This document shows, in pieces, positions 39,701 through 51,783 of a DNA stretch of 64,000 nucleotides (its first letter is position 1; the number at the start of each line of letters is the position of its first letter). This DNA is from Haliotis rubra. Taxonomy: Eukaryota. The DNA is taken from positions 1,240,001 to 1,304,000 of the forward strand of contig NW_025766625.1 of the NCBI RefSeq assembly GCF_003918875.1, written 5' to 3'. The position numbers and the translations under genes were made by a program. The notes beneath the pieces are model-generated. The model searched no databases, was not told the origin of the DNA, and worked only from the letters and a program-made list of their open reading frames with translations.

Positions 39701-40795
39701 TTTATTCTTCAAAGGATGCAAATCTCAAACCTTCATACCTCATTTCGTCCTCAATACTTAATGCTTCCCCCCTCGCTAGTTTTTCAAAATAATTGCGGAG
39801 TGTGATGAAGGGAGATGTTGACACCTCCTGGCTTCTGAATCGCAAATCTTTGTAACAAAAACCTTTCAAAAAGTTTCCAGATATTTTGCATATTGCTCTC
39901 ATCTGGACGACCAGTGCTGCCATCTGACGGTGGCCTGTACTGTAATGCGTTTTCCAGGTCATTCAGTGTTTTCATAATTTGTTCAAATTGTTCATGTCGA
40001 GCGATATCACTGAGGTCAATGTCCGGCAACTTGGTATGAGACAATGGGGACCCACAAAACGCTGTTAATTTTTCTTGAAAATGTTTCAAATCCACAAAAA
40101 AGGGATCTGTATTTTGATCAAATATTTGTGTTGGACATGAATACTGAATATTATGTACAGTAAATATACTATATATTTGCGCTGGTAACTCAAAGTACGT
40201 TACATAATGACTGAACAATGTCCTATCACTCCTTTGCTCTATCAGTTCCTGTAGCCTCTCCAAGGTGTCTTTTGTATGTTCCTTTGAATGTTCTCCACGG
40301 ACTTCAAGTGTATGGTCATCTTTTTCAAAACTGACCAGACCACTGTCCACAAAGTATTTTCCTTTAATTGAAATCATTTCAAATGCCGAGTCAATTTTGC
40401 TCAAAATTCCCGTCAATATGCTGTCTGTATAAATTTTATTTGATATTGATAATGCTTCAAGTTCAGTGTTGTCTTCTTCAAAGAGATCGGCCATCTGTGA
40501 ATCATCAAGAGCAGGAAATAAACTTGCGTATAACTTTACAGCTATACTCTTCATCAGATGATAAAGATATGAAGTTATTTTCACAAGGGTCTCCTCTTGC
40601 AAACCTTGAAGACATTCTAAACCCTCCCGGTTCTTCTCTAAAACAGATTTGAAGGTCCTCCTTAGAGTTTCCGTGTTGGTGTATTGGCCCAATACATATT
40701 CCCGCCGTACCATACTTAACAGTGCACCTGTGATGGAGAGTCTTGAACAGGTGTGAACGAACTTGGATGGCTTTGACGACAGTCACTGCATAAGC
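33734..40795 (-). CDS. IAP-3: BIR-BIR-UBA-RING inhibitor of apoptosis, frameshifted in this assembly (error or pseudogene)
   Basis: Exons 40795(ATG 40713)-39160, 38575-38385, 38136-38076, 35566-35471 (UBA, ALEMGFS), 34628-34125, 33972-33734 ([31 protein letters not shown]). Same 61-nt and 96-nt small exons as IAP-2. Three frame changes in the first exon (~39820-39900, ~39707, ~39665). Confidence 0.92.
34860..35150 (+). mobile_element. Tc1 5' fragment in an IAP-3 intron
   Basis: From ~35039 MSEAQGQNATGRLEAGATQQDVANNFGVSRQTISNL*, homologous to the HTH at 36176. Confidence 0.65.
35670..35830 (-). mobile_element. SINE-A (intronic)
   Basis: Matches the SINE-A consensus. Confidence 0.85.
35867..37526 (+). 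mobile_element. Defective Tc1 transposon in an IAP-3 intron, catalytic core replaced by foreign DNA
   Basis: 26-bp TIRs tactcttcaaaaaagaaacttgacat / atgtcaagtttctttttttgaagagta; N-terminal HTH+GRP (36176-36454) and C-terminus HLWDTLDRRLR..GGHTRY* (37140-37333). Confidence 0.9.
36490..36700 (-). mobile_element. LINE reverse-transcriptase thumb fragment nested in the Tc1
   Basis: VKTVTYYSYLGVLFSSSLKW..FDSTIMPV (YLG motif and following region). Confidence 0.65.
38255..38372 (+). mobile_element. SINE-B 3' fragment (intronic)
   Basis: gatcactggattgtctggtccagactcgattat..gctgagtgcggcgtaa..cactcactc. Confidence 0.8.
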
Positions 40796-40989
40796 CTACA
40801 ATGAATATACTAAAAATATGAATTATGCCAGCGTTTAAGAAGAAATGTTCACATAAACATGGCGACTTTACAGTCCTTGGTTAACCTTAAATAATAAGAG
40901 AGTGTAGTTTCTTTGTTTGTTTAAAGGCGACCTCTACAGATTAAGACTAGATAAACCAGTGGTTGATGGTGTGGGCAACTTTTACCATG

Positions 40990-42715
40990 ACGTCATTGAG
41001 TCTGACCTCCCGGTTCATTAAGTTACCTCTAAAAACAAAGTCATTGAGTCTGACCACCCGGTTCATTAAGTTACCTCTAACAACCAAATCATTGAGTCTG
41101 ACCACACAGATCATTAAGTCACCTCTAACAACCAAGTCATTGAACCTGACCACCCGGTTCATTAAGTGACCTCTAACAACCAAGTCATTGAGTCTGACCT
41201 CCCGGTTCATTAAGCCACCTCCAATAACCAAGTCATTGAACCTGACCATCCGGTTCATTAAGTGACCTCTAACAACCAAGTCATTGAGTCTGACCTCCCG
41301 GTTCATTAAGCCACCTCCAATAACCAAGTCATTGAACCTGACCATCCGGTTCATTAAGTGACCTCTAACAACCAAATCCTTGAGTCTGACCTCCCGGTTC
41401 ATTAAGCCACCTCTAACAACCAAATCATTGAGTCTAACCACCCGGTTCATTAAGTCACCTCTAATAACCAAATCATCGAGTCTGACCACGTGGTTCATTA
41501 AGTCATCTCTAACAACCAAATCCTTGAGTCTGACCACCCGGTTCATTAAGTCACCTCTAATAACCAAATCATTGAGTCTGACCACACAGATCATTAAGTC
41601 ACCTCTAACAACCAAGTCATTGAACCTGACCATCCGGTTCATTAAGTGACCTCTAACAACCAAATCCTTGAGTCTGACCTCCCGGTTCATTAAGCCACCT
41701 CTAATAACCAAGTCATTGAACCTGACCACCCGGTTCATTCAGTCACCTTTCATAACCAAGTCATTGAACCTGACCACCCGGTTCATTAGGTCACCTCTAA
41801 CAACCAAATCCTTGAGTCTGACCTCCCGGTTCATTAAGCCACCTCTAACAACCAAATCATTGAGTCTAACCACCCGGTTCATTAAGTCACCTCTAATAAC
41901 CAAATCATCGAATTTGACCACGTGGTTCATGAAGTCACCTCTAACAACCAAATCATTTAGTTTGACCTACCGGTTCATTAAGTCACCTCCAACAACCAAA
42001 TCATTGAGTCGGACCTCCCGGTTCATTAAGTCACCTCTAACAACCAAATCATCGAGTCTGACCGCGTGGTTCATTAAGTCACCTCTAATAACCAAATCAT
42101 TGAGTCTGACCACCCGGTTCATTAAGTCACCTCTAATAACCAAGTCATTGAACCTGACCACCCGGTTCATTCAGTCACCTTTCATAACCAAGTCATTGAA
42201 CCTGACCACCCGGTTCATTAGGTCACCTCTAACAACCAAATCCTTGAGTCTGACCTCCCGGTTCATTAAGCCACCTCTAACAACCAAATCATTGAGTCTA
42301 ACCACCCGGTTCATTAAGTCACCTCTAATAACCAAATCATCGAATTTGACCACGTGGTTCATGAAGTCACCTCTAACAACCAAATCATTTAGTTTGACCT
42401 ACCGGTTCATTAAGTCACCTCCAACAACCAAATCATTGAGTCGGACCTCCCGGTTCATTAAGTCACCTCTAACAACCAAATCATCGAGTCTGACCGCGTG
42501 GTTCATTAAGTCACCTCTAATAACCAAATCATTGAGTCTGACCACCCGGTTCATTAAGTCACCTCTAATAACCAAGTCATCGAGTCTGACCACGTGGTTC
42601 ATGAAGTCACCTCAAAGAACCAAATCATTTAGTTTGACCTACCGGTTCATTAAGCCTCCTCTAACAACCAAATCTTGAGTCTGACCACCCAGATCATTAA
42701 GTCACCTCTAACAAC
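40990..42715. repeat. 48-bp SINE-B-derived minisatellite (~36 units) with a 432-bp higher-order duplication
   Basis: Unit aagtcacctctaacaaccaaatcattgagtctgaccacccggttcatt; ORFs 41739-41951 and 42171-42383 are identical at a 432-bp (9x48) offset. Confidence 0.96.
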
Positions 42716-43487
42716 TATGTGTCTAGATTGCATATGTGACACTAGATTGCATTTCTGACATAAGACAGCATACGTAACGGTAAACTGCATATGTGTCGGG
42801 GAAGGGGGCCGGGGGAGGAATGAGACCGACATAAGGACCAGCAGGGAGATTATTTTGGAAACTTAAAATTAATTCTACGATAAATTAGACAGTTTGCTGA
42901 GTATCCATAACTGAAACCTTCATATAATCAGGGTGATACTGACTGTAGGGCTTTCCATATCATCGTCTCATTCCACTATGTACCCAGCAGACAGGACCGA
43001 GATATACTGGGAGGGTCATGCAGTTTGTACTGTGATAAATAGGGTAAGCCAGAAATAATACTTGATTTTGATTTTCTTTTCAACAAACTCACCGATCTGA
43101 TCACCCAACCTATTACTATAAGAAACTGGAGAGTAAATCCAGAATCCCCACATGGTTAAATGGTTTGGAAATAACTTGATACATTAGAAATACTAGCGGC
43201 AAACACTTTTCCTGTCCATAGAAATTTTAAACGATCAATATATTTTAAAAGCTATAGATCTCTAAATCACACAGGGCGTTTTATATTATGTTTACATGAA
43301 ATACTAAATAATATAATCACAGTATGCTTGTTTGCAAGTGTGTGTCACAGTTTCATGTATGAGGCATTGGAAGGCTCTTGGTTTGGTGTAGGTTTGTTGG
43401 CACTGTTTCACCAAAGTGATGTAACCTTCGTTACCTGAATATTCCATGACACATACAAACATGTTTTAGATTCCCCTATTGTGTGGT

Positions 43488-43844
43488 GACCGCCTCCGTG
43501 GTGTAGTGGTTAGAGCGTCCGCCCGGGAGAGCGGAAGGTCGCGCGTTCGATCCCCGACCGCGTCATACCAAAAGACGTTAAAATATGGTACTTGTTGGTC
43601 CCTGCCTGGCGCTCGGCATTAATGGGTACAACAAGGACTGGTCGGCTCGGAGTCAGTATCATGTCTGAGTGGGGTATTCATGCTTCACTGCGGCATGGTA
43701 TCTCAGTGGGCTAGCACTATAAAACCAGCTTAAGTCTGGGCTAGTACAAGCAGCCGCACATACACATACACACGCATGCACGTCGTCATATGAGCGAAAT
43801 ATTCTCAAGCACGACGTAAAACCCAATTTCACTTCACCACCTCA
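43488..43844 (+). mobile_element. tRNA-derived V-SINE-like element
   Basis: A box gtggtgtagtgg, B box gttcgatcc, V-domain-like gtcataccaaaagacgttaaaatatggtac..cctgcctggcgctcggca; TSD cctattgtgtNgt (43475-43487 / 43845-43857); absent from duplicate copy 2. Confidence 0.85.
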
Positions 43845-44929
43845 CCTATTGTGTTGTAATTAATCTCACGTATACACTCTGTAAATACGCTACATCCTAT
43901 GTGGCCGAGCAAATCACAATGGCGTCGCACAATATCGAAAATAGACGAGGGACCTATTCTGTGCCACAGCAGCTTAATTAAATGTGCATTTAATGTGCAT
44001 GTTTTATAATCCTGATTTCAAGTTTAACCGACGCAGAGGCTGTAGAAATATGACATTAACTTAAATGTAATTCCTTGTTATATGGCATGTGTCATGTAGG
44101 TCAATACCTTTCGTGATTTAATAGCTTCTAAAACAATGCATAATACATATTATAGTTACTACTGTGCACATGCCCATAAGATACCGTTCTACCTTTGTAC
44201 CTGTGACGTGAGAATCCAGTCACTGATGAAAGTACAGGGCATGCATAGTCTTGTAATACGAGTTGCTAACTCCGACATTACATTATCCCTATAAGTGCAT
44301 GAGTTGTAGACATGTAGATACACACATGACACACACTTGACACACACATGACGTGTCGTTATGCTGCCATATTCACCCTGTATATTCCTGTCTCATGGAG
44401 GGGAAGTATAACGCCCATCGACCTATTGAGATAGTCTCTGCTATTTAAAGAGCATACGTGGTAATCAAAATATATCGCAATTTCTAGAAGGTTTCACTTC
44501 TCCCTGAAATCTGAACCAGACCAGTTCCCTTACCAAACATTATTCTTAATTACGACATCAATGTTAACTTCATAAGCCTCTGTTCAGTCTATCTGATTGT
44601 TTATATATCATGATAATATTAATGATAACAAATGCATGTAACTCTCATGATAATATTATTGATAACAAATGCATGTAACTCACGTCGTGAGTCTTTTTCT
44701 CCTGTCGTCTCGTACTTTAAGGAATATGTCGCAGCGCACAGGAGACCAGTAGCTAGTTGTTTGGTACGGTAGCAGAGTAGCTACACCTTCCGGTCAACCA
44801 TCTCATGACCACTAGAAAATATAGTCTACACGTAACTGGGTTAAATCTGGATAGGTTATTTTTAGCCGCTACGTCATGAGTATTAATTCAAACGTTGGGA
44901 TGCCATTGTTATGGTGCATGTTTGCGTGT

Positions 44930-45141
44930 AGGGAAGGAGGTGGTTGGGTAGGTAGGTAGGTGGTTGGGTAGGTAGGTGGTTGGGCTGGTAGGTAGGGTGG
45001 TTGGGTAGGTCGGTAGGTGGGTGGGTGGGTGGGTTGGTTTAGGTAGGCAGGTAAGATGGGTAGGTCGGTAGTGAGTAGGTAGGTAGGTGGGTGGGTAGGT
45101 GGGCTGATCGGTTGGTAGGTAGGAAGGTAGGTAGGTAGGGG
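44930..45141. repeat. (GGTA/GGTG)n G-rich microsatellite
   Basis: Direct inspection; paralogous tract at 50010-50241. Confidence 0.92.
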
Positions 45142-45353
45142 TACAACAGTCAACCAGTAACAGTATTCTGACTAGAGTCATGTGGGCTTTGTTTCACAAA
45201 ACGAAATATAAACGACATTATACAAGGAGGATATTTCTATGGCTATAACAACTTCATTTTCCAATGAGTGAGACGTGAGTGAGTAGGAAGATATACAAAT
45301 ATTTGTCCAAAATACGACTAAGTACAAAATCATACTATCTGTCATTGATAGAC

Positions 45354-45524
45354 GGGAGCGGTGGGGAAGCCTAGTGGTTAAAGCGTTGGCTCGTCACGCC
45401 GAAGACCCGGGTTCGATTCCCCACATGGGCACAATGTGTTAAGCCCATTTCTGGTGTCCCCCGCCGTGATATTGCTGGAATATTGCTAAAAGCGGCGTAA
45501 AACTAAACTCAGTCAGTCAGTCAG
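45354..45524 (+). mobile_element. SINE-A
   Basis: Full-length consensus match; short TSD tgatag. Confidence 0.92.
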
Positions 45525-45529
45525 TGATA

Positions 45530-46755
45530 GTCAAGTCATTGCGTCTGACCACCCGGATCATTAAGTCACCTCCAACAACCAAGTCATTGAGTCTGACGAC
45601 CCGGATCATTAAGGCACCTCTAATAACCAAGTCATTGAGTCTGACCACGCGGATCATTGAGTCACATCTAACAACCAAGTCATTGAGTCTGACCACGCGG
45701 ATCATTGAGTCACCTCCAACAACCAAGTCATTGAGTCTGACCACGCGGATCATTAAGTCACCTCCAACAACCAAGTCATTGAGTCTGACCACGCGGATCA
45801 TTAAGTCACCTCCAACAACCAAGTCATTGAGTCTGACCACGCGGATCATTGAGTCACCTCCAACAACCAAGTCGTTGAGTCTGACCACTCGGATCATTAA
45901 GTCACCTCCAACAACCAAGTCATTGAGTCTGACCACGCGGATCATTGAGTCACCTCCAACAACCAAGTCATTGAGTCTGACCACTCGGATCATTAAGTCA
46001 CCTCCAACAACCACGCGGTCATTGAGTCTGACCACCACGCGGATCATTGAGTCACCTCCAACAACCAAGTCATTGAGTCTGACCACTCGGATCATTAAGT
46101 CACCTCCAACAACCAAGTCATTGAGTCTGACCACGCGGATCATTGAGTCACCTCCAACAACCAAGTCATTGAGTCTGACCACCCGAATCATTAAGGCACC
46201 TCTAATAACCAAGTCATTGAGTCTGACCACCCGGATCATTGAGTCACATCTAACAACCAAGTCATTGAGTCTGACCACCCGGATCATTAAGGCACCTCTA
46301 ATAACCATATTATTGAGTCTGACCACCCGGATCATTAAGGCACCTCTAATAACCAAGTCATTGAGTCTGACCACGCGGATCATTGAGTCACATCTAACAA
46401 CCAAGTCATTGAGTCTGACCACCCGGATCACTAAGTCACCTCTAATAACCATATTATTGAGTCTGACCACCCGGATCATTAAGTCACATCTAACAACCAA
46501 GCCATTGAGTCTGACCACGCGGATCATTGAGTCACATCTAACAACCAAGTCATTGAGTCTGACCACCCGGATCATTAAGTCACATCTAACAACCAAACCA
46601 TTGAGTCTGACCACCCGGATCATTGAGTCACCTCTAATAACCAAGTCATTGAGAGCGACCACCCGGATCATTAAGTCAACTCTAAGAACCAAGTCAATGA
46701 GTCTGACCACCCGGATCATTAAGTCACCTCTAACAACCAAGTCATTGAGTCTGGC
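45530..46755. repeat. Second 48-bp SINE-B-derived minisatellite (~25 units)
   Basis: Unit aagtcacctccaacaaccaagtcattgagtctgaccacgcggatcatt. Confidence 0.96.
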
Positions 46756-47444
46756 TGAGTGGGTGAGTAAGTGAGTAAATGATAGAATGAGTGCGTGAGT
46801 GACTACGGTCAGCAGTACAAAGAAAACACTGTCTAGTCTATTTTCTTCTTCTTATCATCGTAATCATCATCATATTTATCATCACCATGAAATCTGTGAT
46901 TCAAGTGTATATATTCTACATTTCTTTGCAGAGCGACCAATTCAGATTATCTCTGTTCTACGTAGGGGTAGTCCTATAACAGTGTGTTACTCATATAATT
47001 ATCAAATAATTCTGTTGTACATAGGTCCCTAGCATGGCGATCTAACTTCAGTTGTTGGCAATATATAGCCTGTTTTTATATTGTATTGTCATCTATAGTT
47101 AAAATATTTTAGTGTTAATTACTAGTTTTACATTGAAATCTGTGATAACCTAGTTGTTTTACTTAAAACCGATGTGACTTAAAATCTTAACTCACTCACT
47201 CACTCACTTTTGTACATAGACAACAATAAAGAAACAAATGGTACAATACCAGATTCACCACCTTTCTTAAAAAGAGATGTCACCGAAGGTTTGGAATTAA
47301 TACATTGTTATCTAGGCATATAGATGTTCCGGAGAGAAGCATGTTGTCGGTAGGATGTGACTATGATTTGTAAAGTGCTGCAAGAAAATATCGCGCAGTA
47401 AATACCAGAACACCTCTTCCCCAAGTCCCTACAGAGAGGTTGGG

Positions 47445-47720
47445 GATGGGGAGAGAGACAGAAAGGTAGAAACACAGACAAGGAGGAAAAACGATAAAGA
47501 CAAAGAGATAGAGTGACAGAGCCAGACAGAGAGAGTGACAGCGACAGATGGAGAGAGTGACAGAGAGACATACACAGGGACACAGACAGAGAGACACAAG
47601 GGGAGAAAGACAGACAGGGAGAAGGATCCGACACAAAGAAAAAACAGAGAGGCGGACCATCCAATAGAGACAGAGAGATACACACAGAGAAACATAGAGA
47701 CAGTGAAAAGGAGGGAGAGC
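47445..47720. repeat. GA-rich low-complexity tract
   Basis: (GA/GACA)n-like purine-rich run. Confidence 0.85.
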
Positions 47721-47982
47721 CACTCGTTTACAGCGACGACAACCAAATGCACTCACATACTAACATTATCATTATGATAGTGCATGTCCAGAACATTGCA
47801 TACTTAAAGGCCTGCATGAAAACAAGGCCAGTCAGCGCCGCTGCAGTGATAAACCGTCACAAGCGACACTTTCTAAAGTTAAGTTGTCCCTCGCATTCAT
47901 GTGTAGCTATTCTGTCATTTACAGCCTGCACGACCTATGATAACCGTTAAGATGCCGAGTCAAAGCAGGGCGTTATGACAGT

Positions 47983-50460
47983 CCAGCGGGGAGATTATTG
48001 TAGAAACTGAAATTTAATTCTACGATAAATTTAGGAAACTTTATCGAACTACTCAGTTTGATCCAACTACTTCAAAGGAAAACTGTGTTCTTAAAAATAT
48101 ACCGATAACTGGGAGTGTCATATAATCAGGGTGATACTGACTGTATGGCTTTCATCTTCTCATTTCACTATGTACCCAACAGACAGGACCAATATATACG
48201 GGGAGGGTCATGCAGTTTTTAATGTGATAAATAGGGTAAGCCACAAATAAAATTTCATTTTGTTCGTCTTTTCAACGAACTCACCGATCTGGCAATTCCC
48301 AACAAATTCCGTCGCATCTAACTAAAAGAAATTGGAGGGCAAATCCAAAATCCCCTCATGGTTAATTGGTAATGGAAATAACTAGATACATTAGAAAAAT
48401 TAGCGGCAAACCCATTACCTGTCCATACAAAACTGAAACAATGAATATATTTTAAACGATATACATGTCTAAAGCACACAGGGCGTTTGGTATTATGTTC
48501 TAATAAAACATTGTGACAAAAACTAAATGCTATAATTATATTATTTTTGTTTGCAAGTGTGTGTCACAGTTTCATGTATGGGGCATTGGAAGGCTCTTCG
48601 TTTGGTCCAGGTTTGTTGGTACCGTTTCACCAAAGTGATAAAAGTCTGTAACCTTGGTAACCTGAATATTCGGTGACACATACAAACGTGTTTTAGATTC
48701 CCCAATAAACTCACCTGAACACTCTGCAAAGACGCTACATTCTGTGTTTCTACGTATACGTGCAGGTCCACACAAACCTAGATACTACCTATAGCTTTAA
48801 GGAAATCAAGTCAGTCAGTGTTTATATGTTATATCCACAACATTGCTTTTTCGGTTATCTCTTTGTTCATTGTTTTAGTTCTTTCCGTGTAACCTTCGTA
48901 AATCCTTCCTGCAAGAGTGTCAACTAAACTTCATCTATGTGTACATGTCACCGGTAACATTGATTGTTTCTGCCAAATAAAGAAAAATGCTTTAAAATAA
49001 TCAGCCATAAACACGCCCAACCGTGGCCGCGCAAATCACAATGATGTCGCACAATATCGAAAATAGACGAGTGACGCATTCTGTGCTTATTTAAATGTGC
49101 ATTTAATGGGCATGTTTTATAAATCCCAATTTCACGTTTAACAGATGTAGAAGCTGTAGAAATAGGACACTATTTTAAATGTATGTCCTTGTGCATGTTT
49201 TTATGTTTCAGTAGCTTCTAAAACAATGCATAATAAACTGTATAGTTAACACTGTGCACATGCACATAAGATGCCGTTAATTTGCGCATGTGAGAATCCA
49301 GTCAGTGATGAAAGTATAGGGCATGCATCATCTTGTAACACGAGTTGCTAACTCCAACATTACGTTATCCGTATAAGTGCATGAGTTGTAGACATGTAGA
49401 CACACATATGACACACACACATGACACACACATGACACAAACATGGTTATGAATAACACTTCCCTGACCACTGTCGTCATGCTACCATATTCACCCTGTA
49501 TATTCCTGTCTCATGGAGGAGAAGTATAACGCCCATCGACCTATTGAGATAGTCTCCGCTATTTATAGTGCATACGTGGCGATCAAAATAAATCGAAATT
49601 TCTAGAATGTTTCACTCCTCCCTGAAATCTGAACCAGACTAGTTCCTTTACGAAGCATTATTCTTACTTATGACATCAATGTTAACTTCATAAGACTCTG
49701 TTCAGGCTATCTGATTGTTTACATATCATGATAATATTAATGATAACAAATGCATGTAACTCACGTCGTGAGTGTTTTTCTCCTGTCGTCTCGTACTTTA
49801 AGGAATATGTGGCAGCGCAAAGGAGACCAGCAGCTAGTTGTTTGGTACGGTAGCAGAGTAGCTACGCCTTCCTGTAAACCATCTCCTGATCACTAGAAAA
49901 TATAGTCTACACGTAACTGAGTTAAATCTGGATAAGTTATTTTTAGCCGCTACGTCATGAGTATTAATTCAAACGTTGGGATGCCATTGTTTTAGTGCAT
50001 GTTTGCGTGTAGGGAGGGAGGTGGTTGGGTAGGTGGTTGGGTAGGTAGGTAGGTGGTTGGGTAGGTGGTTAGGTAGGTGGTGGGTGGGTGGGTAGGTAGG
50101 TAGGTGGTTGGGTAGGTATGTAGGGTGGGTGGGTAGGTCGGTAGGTGGGTGGGTGGGTTTAGGTAGGCAGATAAGATGGGTAGGTCGGTAGTGGATAGGT
50201 AGGTAGGTGGGTGGGTAGGTGGGCTGATCGGTTGGTAGGTAGGAAGGTAGGTAGGTAGGGGTACAACAGTCAGCCATAAACAGCATTCTCACTAGAGTCA
50301 TGTGGGCCTTGTTTCACAAAACGAAATATAAACGACATTATACAAGGAGGATGTTTCTATGGCTATAACAACATTTTCCAATGAGTGAGACGTGAGTGAG
50401 TAGGAAGATATACAAATATTTGTCCAAAATACGACTAAGGACAAAATCATTCTATCTGTC
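47983..50460. repeat. Segmental duplication, copy 2
   Basis: See copy 1; has a private ~300-bp insert (~48745-49000) and lacks the V-SINE. Confidence 0.92.
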
Positions 50461-51138
50461 TATCCATCTCTCCATCTATCATCACGATTCGATTCACCCA
50501 GTGTTCCATCACATAAGTTGAGCATTTACCCCCTTATCAGTGGTTATGGAATGGAAGATGTAGCCATGTAAAATGTTGTCTACTCCGAAAACAGATGACG
50601 TCGGGCACCAACGTTGATCATGGACGGCAGTACCCGCAAAAGCATCTGCAACCACAACAACCACAGGAGCAAGATACAACTTAGTGCACATCTTTTATAA
50701 TGCTTTTGATATCTGTGTTTAAATGAAACTCAGACCACTGTTACATGTTCATATGACAAGAAGGGTATCAATATTTTCAAAACAAAATTCACTGGTATTT
50801 CATCTGCGACTGGTGGCAAACAGTAGATAGAGTTTCGGCAGAACATTTAAAGGGGGCTACTCCTGTTTAGTGTGTGTCAAAATAGTTCCCAAATGAGGAT
50901 GCAATTCGGGATGTCTGGATACAGTGCATGGGAACTGTTTTATGGTGTTTAAACTTTTCGTAAAACATTGAAAAGGACACAATTGTTAATTAAAATAATA
51001 TGACGGTTAGTGGTTTTCCTTAAAAAATCACCTACTCCACAAGGAACCAAAGAAGATATTTTCGAGCAACTGTCAGACATTCGGCGGACTAGTGGTTAAA
51101 GCAGTATTCAAGCAGTCTCGGATCTTTTATAACCAAAA

Positions 51139-51607
51139 GACACGTGAAGATCCGGGTTAGAATTGATCTTCAGTAACCCATGCTTGCAATTGTCGTAAGA
51201 GACGGACCCGTGAAGGTCCGGGTTAGAATACTAGTATTGGCCTTCTGTAACCCATGCTTGTCGTAGGAGGCGACTAACGGGATCGGGTGGTCAGGCTCGC
51301 TGATTGGTTGACACATGTCATCGGTTCCTAATTTCGTAGATCGATGTTCATACTGTTGATCACTGGATTGTCCAGTCAGACCACCGCCATATAGCTGGTA
51401 TATTGCTGAGTGCGGCGTGAAACTAAACTCACTTACTCGTAATAGGCGACTAACGGGATCGGGTGGTCAGGCTCACTGACATGGTTGACACATGTCATCG
51501 TGTCCTAATTTCGTAGATCGATGTTCATACTGTTGATCACTGGATTGTCCAGTCAGACCACCGCCATATAGCTGGTATATTGCTGAGTGCGGCGTAAAAC
51601 TAAACTC
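51139..51607 (+). mobile_element. Tandem/nested SINE-B copies (partial 51139, full 51205, 3' duplicate ~51440)
   Basis: Repeated gacccgtgaag..ccgggttagaat head and two near-identical bodies. Confidence 0.88.
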
Positions 51608-51640
51608 GAACTCATTATAGCCACTAAGCTGTACTAGCTA

Positions 51641-51783
51641 TTCACATCACCCATAAAGTGGTATGTTTCGTCATTCACATCATCCATAAAGTGGTATATT
51701 TCGTCATTCACATCATCCATAAAGTGGTATGTTTCGTCATTCACATCATCCATAAAGTGGTATGTTTCGTCATTCACATCATC
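51641..51783. repeat. 33-bp tandem repeat, ~4 copies
   Basis: tcacatcatccataaagtggtatgtttcgtcat. Confidence 0.92.

Larger units (their letters stand above)
42838..45342. repeat. Segmental duplication, copy 1 (copy 2 at 47983-50460)
   Basis: Collinear similarity from ccagc.gggagattatt..ttctacgataaatt through the (GGTA)n tract to aaaatcat.ctatctgtc. Confidence 0.92.

Noticed and set aside
43488-43562. tRNA genes (also SINE-A heads)
   Set aside because: A/B boxes continue into SINE bodies with tails and TSDs; these are tRNA-derived heads, not tRNAs.
40947-46774. 263-416-aa repeat ORFs (LVVRGDL.. / TTKSLSL..) as repeat proteins
   Set aside because: Translations of a 48-bp SINE-derived tandem unit, open on both strands; no unique coding flanks.
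51205-51285. Assignment of the SINE-B head to the pistol, twister or HDV ribozyme class
   Set aside because: Superficial resemblance only; required helices and conserved nucleotides could not all be placed, so it is left as an unclassified structure.
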